The notes: generated by a model not told the origin, from the letters alone. A DNA stretch of 64,000 bases from a bacterium (GCA_963674695.2 CAXXGI010000003.1:672001-736000); one strand, 5' to 3'. Shown: positions 50,602 through 60,083, counted from the stretch's first letter. Numbers and translations are program-made.

Positions 50602-50780
50602 CAAAAAATCCGGAGAGGCTTTATGCCTCTCCGGATTTTTTTGCGTCCCTGGGACTCGAACGCCCGCCGAAGGCGGGCTGTTCGACGACCTTCCGACAGC
50701 CAGTCACCGAAGGTGACCCAATAATGCTGAAGTGCCGGCGCGTGGGTACCGCGCGCCGGCGCACCGTTGGGGTCGCAAAA
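50590..50780 (+). repeat. 17-bp direct repeat of the tRNA-Glu 3' end flanking a short structured element
   Basis: CCGTTGGGGTCGCAAAA at 50590-50606 and 50764-50780; GGGACTCGAAC (anti-T-arm) at 50651-50661. Confidence 0.75.
50603..50642. terminator. Terminator hairpin after tRNA-Glu
   Basis: AAAAAATCCGGAGAGGC-TTTAT-GCCTCTCCGGATTTTTT. Confidence 0.88.
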
Positions 50781-50857
50781 CGATTATGGCCGAGAAGGTA
50801 TCGGAACCACGGTTCCGACCGACCTCCCGACAGGCTCGCCGCGTGCTTGATAAAAAT

Positions 50858-50887
50858 GACGCAACCTTTTTGAACTCCCGCCGATAG
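50858..50887 (+). promoter_or_regulatory. GCAAC-N15-CCGATAG putative alternative-sigma promoter
   Basis: GACGCAACCTTTTTGAACTCCCGCCGATAG, 22 nt upstream of ATG 50910. Confidence 0.65.
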
Positions 50888-50909
50888 AGGGAGAAAGGAA
50901 CTCATCTCC

Positions 50910-51806
50910 ATGAACATAGCTCTCCCCTGCCTACTGACCTCGCCCGAACTCCTACTCCTGTCGGGCGCGCACACGACCTCCCTTGGTTCAGGGGAGGCAT
51001 TCGATCTCCTTCATCAGTTCAGCACCGAGCTGAACACCGAGGTCGACTCCGTCGCTCATCCCACGTCCGAAACACCGATCGTGCATATGGCCGAACAGCT
51101 GGCGATCATCAAGGCCGACGAACCGGATCATTACGCCGCTGCCCTGCAGGGTCTGCAATACGTTATTGGCTTGGAGCCATCGACGCGGCTCTTCCGTCAA
51201 ACCTGGTTTTCAGGGGAGAGCACCATCATTCGTCCGCTGACCTTTCAGGTGAGCAACCGGGAGACCGATGATCATCCCCTGGACCTGAGCGAGAAAGAGA
51301 CCTCCATGAATCTCACCCTCTCAGAGATGCCGCTCGAAATACATCGGTATATTGGAGTAGAAATCCAACGCCTGCGCCGGGCCCGAAGCTTGAACTCGAA
51401 GCAACTCGTCGAGCTGCTCGGCATGGAGGATAATAGCTCCGCCTCAGCAATGCATTTCATCGAAACGGGACAGCAGCACACAAACTGGCCGCTCCTCTTC
51501 GCCCTTCAGCGTATCTTCGGCCTCGAATCGCTCTATTTCTTCAAGCTGTGCTCCATGCTTCTCGATAAGGGCGATGTTCCCCCATTCATCAGCGAAAAGG
51601 TGCGTTTAAAAAAGGCCCATTTCTACTATCACCGTGCAGCACGCCTCAAGATGGCAGGCGAACTGACCTCGGAGCACATCCGCGAGATCATCGACGAGGC
51701 GAGCGTCTATCAGATTCATAACCAGTCGTTTGCCCTGGCCGATGCGCCGCCACAGACGATCCTGGGACCATTTTCGCTCCTCCTCAGCCTCCTGCTCAAA
51801 CGATAA
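50910..51806 (+). CDS. Protein with a central XRE-family helix-turn-helix domain
   Basis: IGVEIQRLRRARSLNSKQLVELLG...MHFIETGQQ...LLFALQRIFG; AAGGA RBS. Confidence 0.75.
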   Translation: MNIALPCLLTSPELLLLSGAHTTSLGSGEAFDLLHQFSTELNTEVDSVAHPTSETPIVHMAEQLAIIKADEPDHYAAALQGLQYVIGLEPSTRLFRQTWFSGESTIIRPLTFQVSNRETDDHPLDLSEKETSMNLTLSEMPLEIHRYIGVEIQRLRRARSLNSKQLVELLGMEDNSSASAMHFIETGQQHTNWPLLFALQRIFGLESLYFFKLCSMLLDKGDVPPFISEKVRLKKAHFYYHRAARLKMAGELTSEHIREIIDEASVYQIHNQSFALADAPPQTILGPFSLLLSLLLKR

Positions 51807-51840
51807 AAAAGCCCGCATCGCTTGCGATGCGGGCTTTTTT
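51805..51840. terminator. Bidirectional Rho-independent terminator
   Basis: AAAAAAGCCCGCATCG-CTTG-CGATGCGGGCTTTTT. Confidence 0.9.
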
Positions 51841-51856
51841 CACGTTTTCCAACGAG

Positions 51857-52030
51857 TCAGTCCTGCGGCTTGATCGCACTGACCGGACATTCATCGACGC
51901 AGGCACCACAATCGACGCAGGTCTCGGCATCGATCACCCGTTTTCCATCCTTCTCTTTGATCGCCTCGACCGGGCAGGTCGGATCACAAGCGCCGCAGTT
52001 GGTACATTCATCGGTAATAATGTGTGCCAT
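51857..52030 (-). CDS. 2[4Fe-4S] ferredoxin (57 aa; absent from ORF track)
   Basis: MAHIITDECTNCGACDPTCPVEAIKEKDGKRVIDAETCVDCGACVDECPVSAIKPQD; two CxxCxxCxxxCP; AAGGAGG RBS. Confidence 0.95.
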   Translation of the reverse strand: MAHIITDECTNCGACDPTCPVEAIKEKDGKRVIDAETCVDCGACVDECPVSAIKPQD

Positions 52031-52123
52031 GGGTCTTCCTCCTTGAGTTCGAAAACAGCGAATGGTTCGGCATGTATATCGGTTCCTTCCTGCCAGATCA
52101 ATCCAAAATAATCAGGTCTCCTC

Positions 52124-52963
52124 CTAGCTTCCAAATTGGATCGCCAACGACAGGTCGGTCAACGTATCGAGCTTCTTTTTTCCCGCCGCAGGCTGATTAT
52201 CGAACCGCAGCGTAAAACCGATGTCGACCGCGAGATGTTTGATGATCGTGAAGGTGACCGCGGTCCGGCTGTTCACGCGCGTCTCATAGCCGTTTTGCAC
52301 ATCCTCGAGACACTGCAATCGCTGGCTGAGCGCCACATGCCCGCCGAACTGCTGCTCATAGGAAACTTCCTGCAGCGCAGAATTGATCTTTTTATCCGGA
52401 TTCGGGGGAAAGCGATCCTCATAGGTGAAGTCATATCCAAACGAGAGCGACAGATGCACCTTCGGACGCCGAACCACAAAAAACCGGATGCCGCCGAACC
52501 CGCGTGCGCCCAGGTCGATCCCCTTGATGTAGTCGCTAAAGCCTCCGCCACCGACGAAGAGCGAGGTCCATTCCGAATTATAGTAGTCCAAGCGATAGGT
52601 ACCGAAGATGAATCGTTTCTGCGTTCCCGTTCCCCCTGAACCCGTGGTCGAAAAGACCCGCTCGTAATTCCCGCCGAGGCGCCATTCATTCTCAAAACGA
52701 TGATAGCGGAGTGTGGTAGAGTTTCCGCCTGTAATGTTGAGCGAACTGGTATTTCCAGTGGAATTGGCCAATCCCAACCGCGTCTTGGTCGAGTAACTCG
52801 ACGTCGAAAAATCAATCTTCTCGATGCGCGGCGTTTTTCGATCGAGCGATTTCTCCACCTCGTCGGCCGCCTGCGCCCAAGCTGTGACAGGCACTGCGAT
52901 GAGGCCTGCGATGACCGCTGCCACCAGGGCTCCATCGATAATCCATTTCTCCATTCGTCGCAT
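52124..52963 (-). CDS. Outer-membrane beta-barrel protein, DUF481/YdiY-like
   Basis: Signal peptide AWA-Q; STGNT motif; RFDNQPAAGKKKLDT C-terminal pattern. Confidence 0.8.
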   Translation of the reverse strand: MRRMEKWIIDGALVAAVIAGLIAVPVTAWAQAADEVEKSLDRKTPRIEKIDFSTSSYSTKTRLGLANSTGNTSSLNITGGNSTTLRYHRFENEWRLGGNYERVFSTTGSGGTGTQKRFIFGTYRLDYYNSEWTSLFVGGGGFSDYIKGIDLGARGFGGIRFFVVRRPKVHLSLSFGYDFTYEDRFPPNPDKKINSALQEVSYEQQFGGHVALSQRLQCLEDVQNGYETRVNSRTAVTFTIIKHLAVDIGFTLRFDNQPAAGKKKLDTLTDLSLAIQFGS

Positions 52964-53149
52964 GGCTGAGGGCCATAAAAAAAATGGAACCGCAATGCAA
53001 GCCGTGATCCAAGAAACGAAGCGCCTTGCCGAAGCCGCAGATGAGGCATCCACCCGCCGTATGGGCATTTGCGAACGAGATGCTCGCGCGCATTGACTTC
53101 ACGCGCACATTGCTGTTTTTTACAGTGCTATCGATACGAGGAGGCTCAC

Positions 53150-54307
53150 ATGTCTTGGCTCAATCCGACAATGATCTGGAATGAAGCGGTTATGATCGCA
53201 CAGAAGATCCCTCTGCCTCAGGTGATCATCACCATCGCCATGTTCATCGGCGCATGGCTCATCAGCGGCCTGTTTAAACGCATGACCAAGCGTTATTTCT
53301 CGAAAAGACTCGGAGAATCAAACTCCTTCTGGGCCCGTTTCTGGAAGAAAGAGCGCCGCTTCATCCTGCGCTCGATCGGTTGGGTCATCTGGATCGCCTT
53401 CTTCGGCGCTGCCCTCTTCGTGTGGGCCGGTCACCTCTCGCGCATGGCGGGACGACTCGAAGCGATCTATGTGCCGCTCGGCCGCGCTGCGGTCATCATC
53501 ATCATCGCCCTGCTCACGCTCAAAGCAACGCGCGTGGTCATGACCATCGTGCTCGATCAACTCACCCCCATCGCCGGGCGCGGTATGAAACGCGCCCAAA
53601 GGCGCATGGAAACGCTCAACCACGTCTTCAACTACGGCATCACCTTTGCCATCCTCGGCATTACAGTGATGATGCTCCTCGACACCTTCGGCATCGACTT
53701 GAAGGCCGTGCTCGCCACCGTCGGTGTTGCCTCCGTCGCCATCGGTTTCGGCGCCCAGAGCCTGGTCAAGGACTTCATCAGCGGCATCTTCATCCTCACC
53801 GAAGACCAGTATGGCGTGGGCGATGTAGTCAACATCAACGGTGAGAGCGGATTCGTCGAGCGCATGACACTGCGGATGACACAATTGCGCAACATGGAGG
53901 GCATCCTCATCACGGTGCCGCACGGATCGATCACGAACGTGAAGAACATGACCAGCACCTGGTCGCGCGTCGATTATACGATCGGCGTCGGCTATGCCAC
54001 CGACCTCGATCATGCGCTCGATGTCCTGATGGAGGAGGCCGAAAAACTCCGGGCCGACTATCCAAACGAGATCATCGAAGCACCGGAGCGCATCGGTGTG
54101 GACGAATTCGGCGACTCCTCGATCACGATCCGCATCCTCATCAAGACCGCGCCCCTCAAGCAATGGATGATGAAGCGCGAGCTCAACCGCCGCATCCACA
54201 AGCGCTTCGAGGCCGAAAAGATCGAGATCCCCTTTCCGCAACGCACGCTCTGGATCCGTGAGCCGAAGGAGGAGATCCTGGCGAAGCTGGCCGAGAAGCA
54301 CGCATAG
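53150..54307 (+). CDS. Small-conductance mechanosensitive channel, MscS family
   Basis: AIGFGAQSLVKDFISGIFILTEDQYGVGDVV, IEIPFPQR. Confidence 0.93.
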   Translation: MSWLNPTMIWNEAVMIAQKIPLPQVIITIAMFIGAWLISGLFKRMTKRYFSKRLGESNSFWARFWKKERRFILRSIGWVIWIAFFGAALFVWAGHLSRMAGRLEAIYVPLGRAAVIIIIALLTLKATRVVMTIVLDQLTPIAGRGMKRAQRRMETLNHVFNYGITFAILGITVMMLLDTFGIDLKAVLATVGVASVAIGFGAQSLVKDFISGIFILTEDQYGVGDVVNINGESGFVERMTLRMTQLRNMEGILITVPHGSITNVKNMTSTWSRVDYTIGVGYATDLDHALDVLMEEAEKLRADYPNEIIEAPERIGVDEFGDSSITIRILIKTAPLKQWMMKRELNRRIHKRFEAEKIEIPFPQRTLWIREPKEEILAKLAEKHA

Positions 54308-54367
54308 GATGACCTTGTCTTCCCGCCCAGACTTCGATATAAGAGGCGAAACAACCAAGGGGGATAT

Positions 54368-54847
54368 ATGCGAAAAGGCGTCATCATAGCAGCCACACTG
54401 ATCGTCGCACTCGGTGCGGTCACCACGGCATCAGCGCGGGAGGAGACGCTCCAGGGCAAGGGGGCCGTCCTTCACACCATGCAGGGCGACATTCCCGGCT
54501 CGACCGAAGTATCAAAGGCCTACAGCAACACCATTCGGCTCTACAAACTCAAACCGAAGGACGTCGCCTACTGGAATCCGCACGGCGGCAAGTACATCAC
54601 CGCGGGCCCCTATGCCTACCTCTGGTGCTCGATCTTCAAGAAGGGAAAGGGCAACCCCAAGCACGACTGGATCGCCGTCACTGCAAAGTCGCTGCAGGAA
54701 TCGCTCAATCTCAACTACAAGCTCGACGGCGTCGCGTTCTATCAGCTCACCAGCGACGGACAAAAGTTGCACTTCACGGCCTATCCGTACACCACCGTCC
54801 ACGGCATGGCGACCGGACAGAAGGTCGACCGCATTCGGGAGGACTGA
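54368..54847 (+). CDS. Secreted hypothetical protein (159 aa)
   Basis: Signal peptide ASA-R; coding-like codon usage. Confidence 0.75.
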   Translation: MRKGVIIAATLIVALGAVTTASAREETLQGKGAVLHTMQGDIPGSTEVSKAYSNTIRLYKLKPKDVAYWNPHGGKYITAGPYAYLWCSIFKKGKGNPKHDWIAVTAKSLQESLNLNYKLDGVAFYQLTSDGQKLHFTAYPYTTVHGMATGQKVDRIRED

Positions 54848-54853
54848 CGAAGT

Positions 54854-54951
54854 TTGTCATTCCCGCGGAAGCGAAAAGATTGTCATTCCCGCGAAGGCGG
54901 GAATCTCGCCTGTACTGCCCAATCGAGATCCCCGCCTTCGCGGGGATGACA
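54854..54951. repeat. GTCA-type REP cluster
   Basis: Truncated unit plus a full doublet. Confidence 0.88.
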
Positions 54952-54973
54952 ACAACAGAGTTCGTCAATACGC

Positions 54974-55005
54974 AAAAGCCTCGCGGGAAACCGCGGGGCT
55001 TTTTT
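54974..55005. terminator. Rho-independent terminator
   Basis: AAAAGCCTCGCGG-GAAA-CCGCGGGGCTTTTTT. Confidence 0.8.
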
Positions 55006-55022
55006 CCGACCACACACATCCC

Positions 55023-55183
55023 TCGTCCGGCTGGGTATTTTCGGGGATCTCTTCTTTCATCGCGATCAAAGCCTTTCATGCTGCGATGAAAGAAGAAAAA
55101 GCCGTCGAGGCGGCGTCTGACCTGCCCGCCGGTTGGTTAGGCGGGGCCGAAACGGCGGTCCCCGAAAATACCCAGCCGGACGA
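55023..55183. mobile_element. MITE-like structured element, copy 1, with nested 25-nt insertion
   Basis: Perfect 25-bp terminal inverted repeat TCGTCCGGCTGGGTATTTTCGGGGA; inverted homolog at 57026-57171. Confidence 0.7.
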
Positions 55184-55226
55184 TGGACTCATAGCAACGA
55201 ATACAACGTTTAAGGGGAATGCTTCC

Positions 55227-56900
55227 TCAGGAATCTCGATCGATCAAATCGAGGACGGCGGCGTCGACCGTATCGCGGAAGGTGCTGTAGTGCTCGAGAT
55301 AATCCTCGAGCCCGAAGTCATACGGAATATCGGGAGTCACGCCGATATTTTCGATGTAGTTGGTCTTCCCCCCCTGCCCGTCGGAGACGGCCTTCGATCT
55401 CCACATCAGCGATTCAGTGAGACGCACGCTGATATCGGAATGGCCAAAGGGCCCGACCCCCACGACGTTGCCACCAGCCCCCATCGTGCGCGACCCCATG
55501 AGCACCGCTCGTCCTGCATCCTGCATGACCGCGGGAAAGACGTCTGCCGCAGAGGCATCGAGTTCGTTGATGAGCAGCAGGATCGGCTTCGTGTAGAGAT
55601 ACGTCTCCCCCTTCTCATCGCGCGCAGCATCGACGGTCAGTCCACCGCTGCAGAGGGGGAACGGATCGGTGAGAGGCTTTCCGGTCATCATCGCGCGGCG
55701 AATCCCTGACACGATATCGTTGACCAGGCGTTCGTCCTCGCTCCCCGGTTCGACATGCGGCAGATACGATTCAAAGATGACGAGCCAGTTCCGGTTGGCG
55801 CGAATGCGAAAGAGCATCTTCTCGATCGGTTCGCGCGCAAAGAAAGCCGTCACCGCTTCGAGATAGCAGAGGTTCCCCCCGCCGTTGCCCGTCTGATCGA
55901 TGATCAGGGCATCGGTCTCGGCCTCGAATGCGGGAATCGTCTTCGCCAGAAACTCGACATTCGCCATCGGATTCATAGGCATCCAGGTGTGAATCCGCAG
56001 AAATCCGATCTTCCGTCCCCCGATCGTCGCGATGCCGGAAAAGAACGGCTGCGAGGAGCGCACCTCAAACCCCTCCCAGAGCGGAAAGAACGGCCTGAAA
56101 TCGCCTATCATCGCCCCCATGAGATCGCCGTCGATGGTGAGCCGACGCATACGATCGAGCGGGTTTTCCATCACCTCGCCCTCGGGGGAGAGGATCTCAC
56201 CCGCCACCGCGCGGGAGAGCCCGGCATCGGTCTGCACCGGCGCAAGCGCCCGCCCCTGCTCGATCCAGGGCATGGCCACCTTTCGCTGTGACCCGCTCTT
56301 GCGCGACTGGATCACGACCCAGGCGGTATCATGTTCCGGCATATGGGGAATCTGTGCCTGTCGACGGGAGACAATCCAGCTGGCAAACAGGCGCTCCTCG
56401 GTCGAGGCGTTCCCAAACCGCCGATACTGCGCCATCGCATCCCGAATCTCTTCTGCCGCAATGCCATCGATCGAGACGAGTCGATCGCCCACGTCGAACG
56501 GAAAATCGCTCCGGGAGAGCTCCCGGCGACTAATCCCTGAAATGACCACCTCTCCATCGAAACTATCGGTTTCAAAACCCAGCCACTTCGACTGCGACGA
56601 CGGGATCGTCATACTCATATGCACATCGGAAAACCCTGCAATGAAACCGATCATCGCCGCATAGAAATCCTCATCCGACCCCTGCGACTCGGCCGCGACG
56701 AGCAGCTCTTCCGAGAGCGCCTCAAAGGAGATGCCGAGGTGCTCCTCCTTCCAGGTGAGCGGCGCATAGCGATGCGCAATCAAACTGATGAGCGTCTGCG
56801 CATCAGCAACGCGCTCATCAACGCTCATGCGCGCGTGGGCCGCACAGACGAAGGTTACCGATACGACAACAGCCATCATCAACGTCAGTATTCGTCGCAT
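55227..56900 (-). CDS. Secreted S41-family peptidase with PDZ domain (CPAF-like architecture)
   Basis: Signal peptide AHA-R; YAPLTWK, DVH, IIDQTGNGGG, DASAADVFP, RTMGAGG, IENIGVTPD. Confidence 0.88.
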   Translation of the reverse strand: MRRILTLMMAVVVSVTFVCAAHARMSVDERVADAQTLISLIAHRYAPLTWKEEHLGISFEALSEELLVAAESQGSDEDFYAAMIGFIAGFSDVHMSMTIPSSQSKWLGFETDSFDGEVVISGISRRELSRSDFPFDVGDRLVSIDGIAAEEIRDAMAQYRRFGNASTEERLFASWIVSRRQAQIPHMPEHDTAWVVIQSRKSGSQRKVAMPWIEQGRALAPVQTDAGLSRAVAGEILSPEGEVMENPLDRMRRLTIDGDLMGAMIGDFRPFFPLWEGFEVRSSQPFFSGIATIGGRKIGFLRIHTWMPMNPMANVEFLAKTIPAFEAETDALIIDQTGNGGGNLCYLEAVTAFFAREPIEKMLFRIRANRNWLVIFESYLPHVEPGSEDERLVNDIVSGIRRAMMTGKPLTDPFPLCSGGLTVDAARDEKGETYLYTKPILLLINELDASAADVFPAVMQDAGRAVLMGSRTMGAGGNVVGVGPFGHSDISVRLTESLMWRSKAVSDGQGGKTNYIENIGVTPDIPYDFGLEDYLEHYSTFRDTVDAAVLDLIDRDS

Positions 56901-56906
56901 GGCCCC

Positions 56907-56936
56907 TTATCGGCCCCCCGCCCAAGAAGTTGCGCG
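56907..56936 (-). promoter_or_regulatory. GCAAC-N15-CCGATAA putative alternative-sigma promoter, possibly leaderless
   Basis: Minus strand CGCGCAACTTCTTGGGCGGGGGGCCGATAA-GGGGCC-ATG. Confidence 0.65.
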
Positions 56937-57025
56937 ATTTTTGACCATTTTCACCCCCAGCAAGTCCCTTCCTGGAGCTTCCTGACAGCTTCCCGCCTCA
57001 CACCTATCTCTTCGTCGCGGGAGTG

Positions 57026-57171
57026 GACATCATCCGGCAGTGTGTTTTACGGGGACCGCCGTCTCGGCTCAAACGCCGCCTCGACGGCTTTTTCTTCTTC
57101 CATCGCAGCATTATAGGCTTGGATCGCGATGAAAGAAGAGATCCCCTACAAACACACTGCCAGACGATGTC
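57026..57171. mobile_element. MITE-like structured element, copy 2 (inverted relative to copy 1)
   Basis: Shares GGGGACCGCCGT, CGCCGCCTCGACGGCTTTTTCTTCTT, GATCGCGATGAAAGAAGAGATCCCC with the reverse complement of 55023-55183. Confidence 0.7.
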
Positions 57172-57237
57172 TTCAAGAGATCCACTTCACACCGGCGGGA
57201 AGAGCTTGGCTCTCGGTGCAGAAAGCTGTTCATGGTC

Positions 57238-57529
57238 AGACCGGTTGGAAGACCTCATTTCTGAGTCCTTCTTCCGCATTGCAGGCCGGACCCTTCCCGG
57301 AGGAGTATAAAGGCGCGCCTGCGAGACGAGCGTATCCCGAAGCAATAAAATCCGATTGGCCTCACGACATTGAGAGCCGACGAAGGAGGATCCTCAATGT
57401 TGATGAGGACAACGGATTTTTTGCGAGGGGTAGCGAGCGAAGCGCGCCCTCACGACGAAGGGAAGGGTTTGGCCTGCAATGCGGAAAAAGCGGAGCGGAT
57501 GCGCAAAAATGAGGTATTCCAACCGGCCT
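57238..57529. mobile_element. About 290-bp long imperfect palindrome / MITE-like element
   Basis: Terminal IR AGACCGGTTGGAAGACCTCATTT / AAATGAGGTATTCCAACCGGCCT plus internal paired blocks. Confidence 0.7.
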
Positions 57530-57543
57530 TGGCTTTCCCCCGC

Positions 57544-58878
57544 TTACCGGCGGAGGCGGGCAAGGGATTCGCGCCAGGGATTGACGATGCCTTCGCGGAT
57601 GTGATGAGCGGCGGTTTCGCCCGCGCGGCCGAGGATGAACTTGAAGGCGACCGGTCCGATGATCTGACCGATCGCGATGGACGCGAGCATGACCGTTCGA
57701 AAGGAGACGCCCCACGTCGGAAAGGCGATTGCGACCGCGCCGGCGATACCGACGCTGACGCCCGCCTGTCCGATGAACCCCATAAAACCCCACCGGCGAA
57801 TGAGCGGCCCCTCCCCCCCGATGCGCGCGCCCGCCCATGTGCCGAGCGCCGTTCCCGAAAGGCGCAGCACCACGAAGAGCACCGCCACCGGCCACATGCG
57901 TTCGAGCGCGGCGATGTTGAGAGCGGCACCGGCCAGGGCGAAGAAGACGATATAGACGGTCGTCGAGGTACGCTCGATGGCCGCCACCATACGCGGACCT
58001 AAGCGCGTGAAGTTTTCGACGAGAAAACCCGCCGTCAGACAGACGAGCAGGAAGTGCAGGTGCAACTGTTCCGATGCCGTCACGATGACCAGCGAGAGCA
58101 CGACCGTGAAGAGGACAAACTCTCGCCGCACAAAACGGAGATAGACCGCCACGAGTGCTGCGACCACCGCTCCGACGAGAAATGAGGCCCCCACCGAGAT
58201 GAGCACCTCTACAGCGATACCCTCCTCGACCTGTGCGCCGGAAAACCAGGCGGTGCCCAGACCGATGGCCAGCGCAAACCCCAGGAGCACCAGAACATCT
58301 TTGATCACCGTCACCCCGATGGTGATATCGGAGAGCCTCCCGTGCGCGCGCGTCTCGACGATGACGGCGATGACGGTTGCCGGCGAGTTCGCCACGGCCA
58401 TCACCCCGAAGAAGATTGCGGCGATCAGGAGTCCCTTCCCCCCGAACAGGTCGATCTGCATCCATCGCAGGGCCAGGAACATCCCCGCCGCACCGACGAC
58501 GAACGCGCCGATCGTCTGCAGGAGCGTGATCCAGACGATTGTCTTTCCACACGCGCGCAGCCGCGCGAGTCGCAACTCGCCACCGGCGGTGAAGGCGATG
58601 AGTGCCAGCGCAAGATGGTCCAGCGGCGCGAGCATCAGCACCGTCTCGTGCGTGACCAGCCCCAGCACATAGGGACCACAGATAATGCCCGCCAACAGAT
58701 AGCCGGTGATGTGCGGAAGCCCAAAGCGCGCGGCAAAAGAACCGGCGACAAAACCAGCGAGCAACAGAAACCCGAAGACAAGCATCGCGCGCGGCAGCGG
58801 ATCGATCGCAGCGCTCACACCGCCCGATTGCAGGGCGATCATGAGGACAAAGAGCAGGAAGAGGCCGAGGAATCTCAT
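57544..58878 (-). CDS. Cation:proton antiporter (CPA2-like), second subunit/paralog
   Basis: LPHITGYLLAGIICGP, AFTAGGEL, NSPATV, VIKDV, FFALAG, GQAGVSVG; many hydrophobic segments. Confidence 0.88.
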   Translation of the reverse strand: MRFLGLFLLFVLMIALQSGGVSAAIDPLPRAMLVFGFLLLAGFVAGSFAARFGLPHITGYLLAGIICGPYVLGLVTHETVLMLAPLDHLALALIAFTAGGELRLARLRACGKTIVWITLLQTIGAFVVGAAGMFLALRWMQIDLFGGKGLLIAAIFFGVMAVANSPATVIAVIVETRAHGRLSDITIGVTVIKDVLVLLGFALAIGLGTAWFSGAQVEEGIAVEVLISVGASFLVGAVVAALVAVYLRFVRREFVLFTVVLSLVIVTASEQLHLHFLLVCLTAGFLVENFTRLGPRMVAAIERTSTTVYIVFFALAGAALNIAALERMWPVAVLFVVLRLSGTALGTWAGARIGGEGPLIRRWGFMGFIGQAGVSVGIAGAVAIAFPTWGVSFRTVMLASIAIGQIIGPVAFKFILGRAGETAAHHIREGIVNPWRESLARLRR

Positions 58879-60083
58879 GCCACCTCCCCTTCGAACGCGA
58901 GCAAACGTCGAACACAGATGGGGTTGGCGATTCCGTTGATGACGAATGCGATCAACACGATCGCCAGAACAAGATGTGCGCCGGCGTGGCCAAACCGGGT
59001 GGCAAAATCCAACGCCAGCGCCAAACCGATTCCCCCCTGCCCCGTCAAGGCCAGACCAAATGAGCAGGGATGCTGCGCCCGATGTCGGATGGAACGAAAG
59101 GCGAGCCGCGCGCCGACCATTTTGGCCAGCGTTCGCAGCAAGACGAACAGGATGGCCGCACCGATGACGACCGGCCCTTCGATGATCCACATCGATCCGG
59201 ACAGCATCAGCATGAACACATAGAGGGGTTTCTTCGCCGTCACCAGAAGACGATAGAGCTTGTCCTGCTGCGGCGAGGCGTTCGTGAGCGTAACCCCAAC
59301 GATGAGCCCGAGAAAGAGCGGGGAGACATCGAGCATCGCCGCGACGCCGGAGATGAAGACCAACACCCCCACCGCGATGGCGAGCCGTTCATCCCCTGTG
59401 AGTTTGAGCGAGAGAAAGAAATGGCTGAGCAGGCCCAGCGCAACCCCCAAGCCGATAACGATGACGATCCACATGATGCCGGGGACAAATCCCCCTTCGC
59501 GCACGCCCTCGAGGCCGAAAAAAGGAAGGGTCACGCCGTAGAGACAGATACCGACCAACGCGTCGAGGGACGTGACCGTGCGCAACAGATGTGACGTTCG
59601 GCCATGCGCCTTCAAACGCCGAATGACCGCCGTGACCGCCGTGGGTGCGGAAACACACGCCACCGATGCCAGCGCAAAGACCGCCGGCAGCGTCTTTCCC
59701 GCTGCCGCGAAGAGATCCGGAAAGAGGAGGCGCACCGCAAGCGCCGCGGGCACCATCAGGACAAAGGTGATGATCGCCTGCGAAGCCGCAATGCGATAGG
59801 TCGCCTTCGACAGGATTTTGAGCGTGCGCAGACGAAACTGCAGGCCAAAGACCATCCCCACAAAGGCCAGGACGATGGCGATCGGTTCCCCAAACTGCCG
59901 GAGCAGCTCCAGGTCAATCCAGCCCAGGGCCTGAGGCCCAAGCAACACGCCCAGCAAGAGAAACTCGATGCCATAGGGAAGACAACAGGAGAGCAGAAAC
60001 GGAAGTTGGCGAACGCGAAATGCACGGTCGGCGCCGATGTAAGCGATAGCGACCAACAGCAGGATGAAGAGAATGGAGTGCAT
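58875..60083 (-). CDS. Cation:proton antiporter-like membrane protein, first subunit/paralog
   Basis: FLLLGVLLGP, GMVFGLQF, VSAPT, SLDA, GQGGIGLAL; many hydrophobic segments. Confidence 0.82.
   Translation of the reverse strand: MHSILFILLLVAIAYIGADRAFRVRQLPFLLSCCLPYGIEFLLLGVLLGPQALGWIDLELLRQFGEPIAIVLAFVGMVFGLQFRLRTLKILSKATYRIAASQAIITFVLMVPAALAVRLLFPDLFAAAGKTLPAVFALASVACVSAPTAVTAVIRRLKAHGRTSHLLRTVTSLDALVGICLYGVTLPFFGLEGVREGGFVPGIMWIVIVIGLGVALGLLSHFFLSLKLTGDERLAIAVGVLVFISGVAAMLDVSPLFLGLIVGVTLTNASPQQDKLYRLLVTAKKPLYVFMLMLSGSMWIIEGPVVIGAAILFVLLRTLAKMVGARLAFRSIRHRAQHPCSFGLALTGQGGIGLALALDFATRFGHAGAHLVLAIVLIAFVINGIANPICVRRLLAFEGEVA

Noticed and set aside
54414-55709. 431-aa plus-strand ORF
   Set aside because: Composite of an alternate frame of 54368-54847, repeats and the antisense of the S41 gene
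57544-59190. 548-aa version of the antiporter overlapping its neighbour by about 300 nt
   Set aside because: Start at 58878 has a GGAGG RBS and ATGA overlap, giving a normal operon layout
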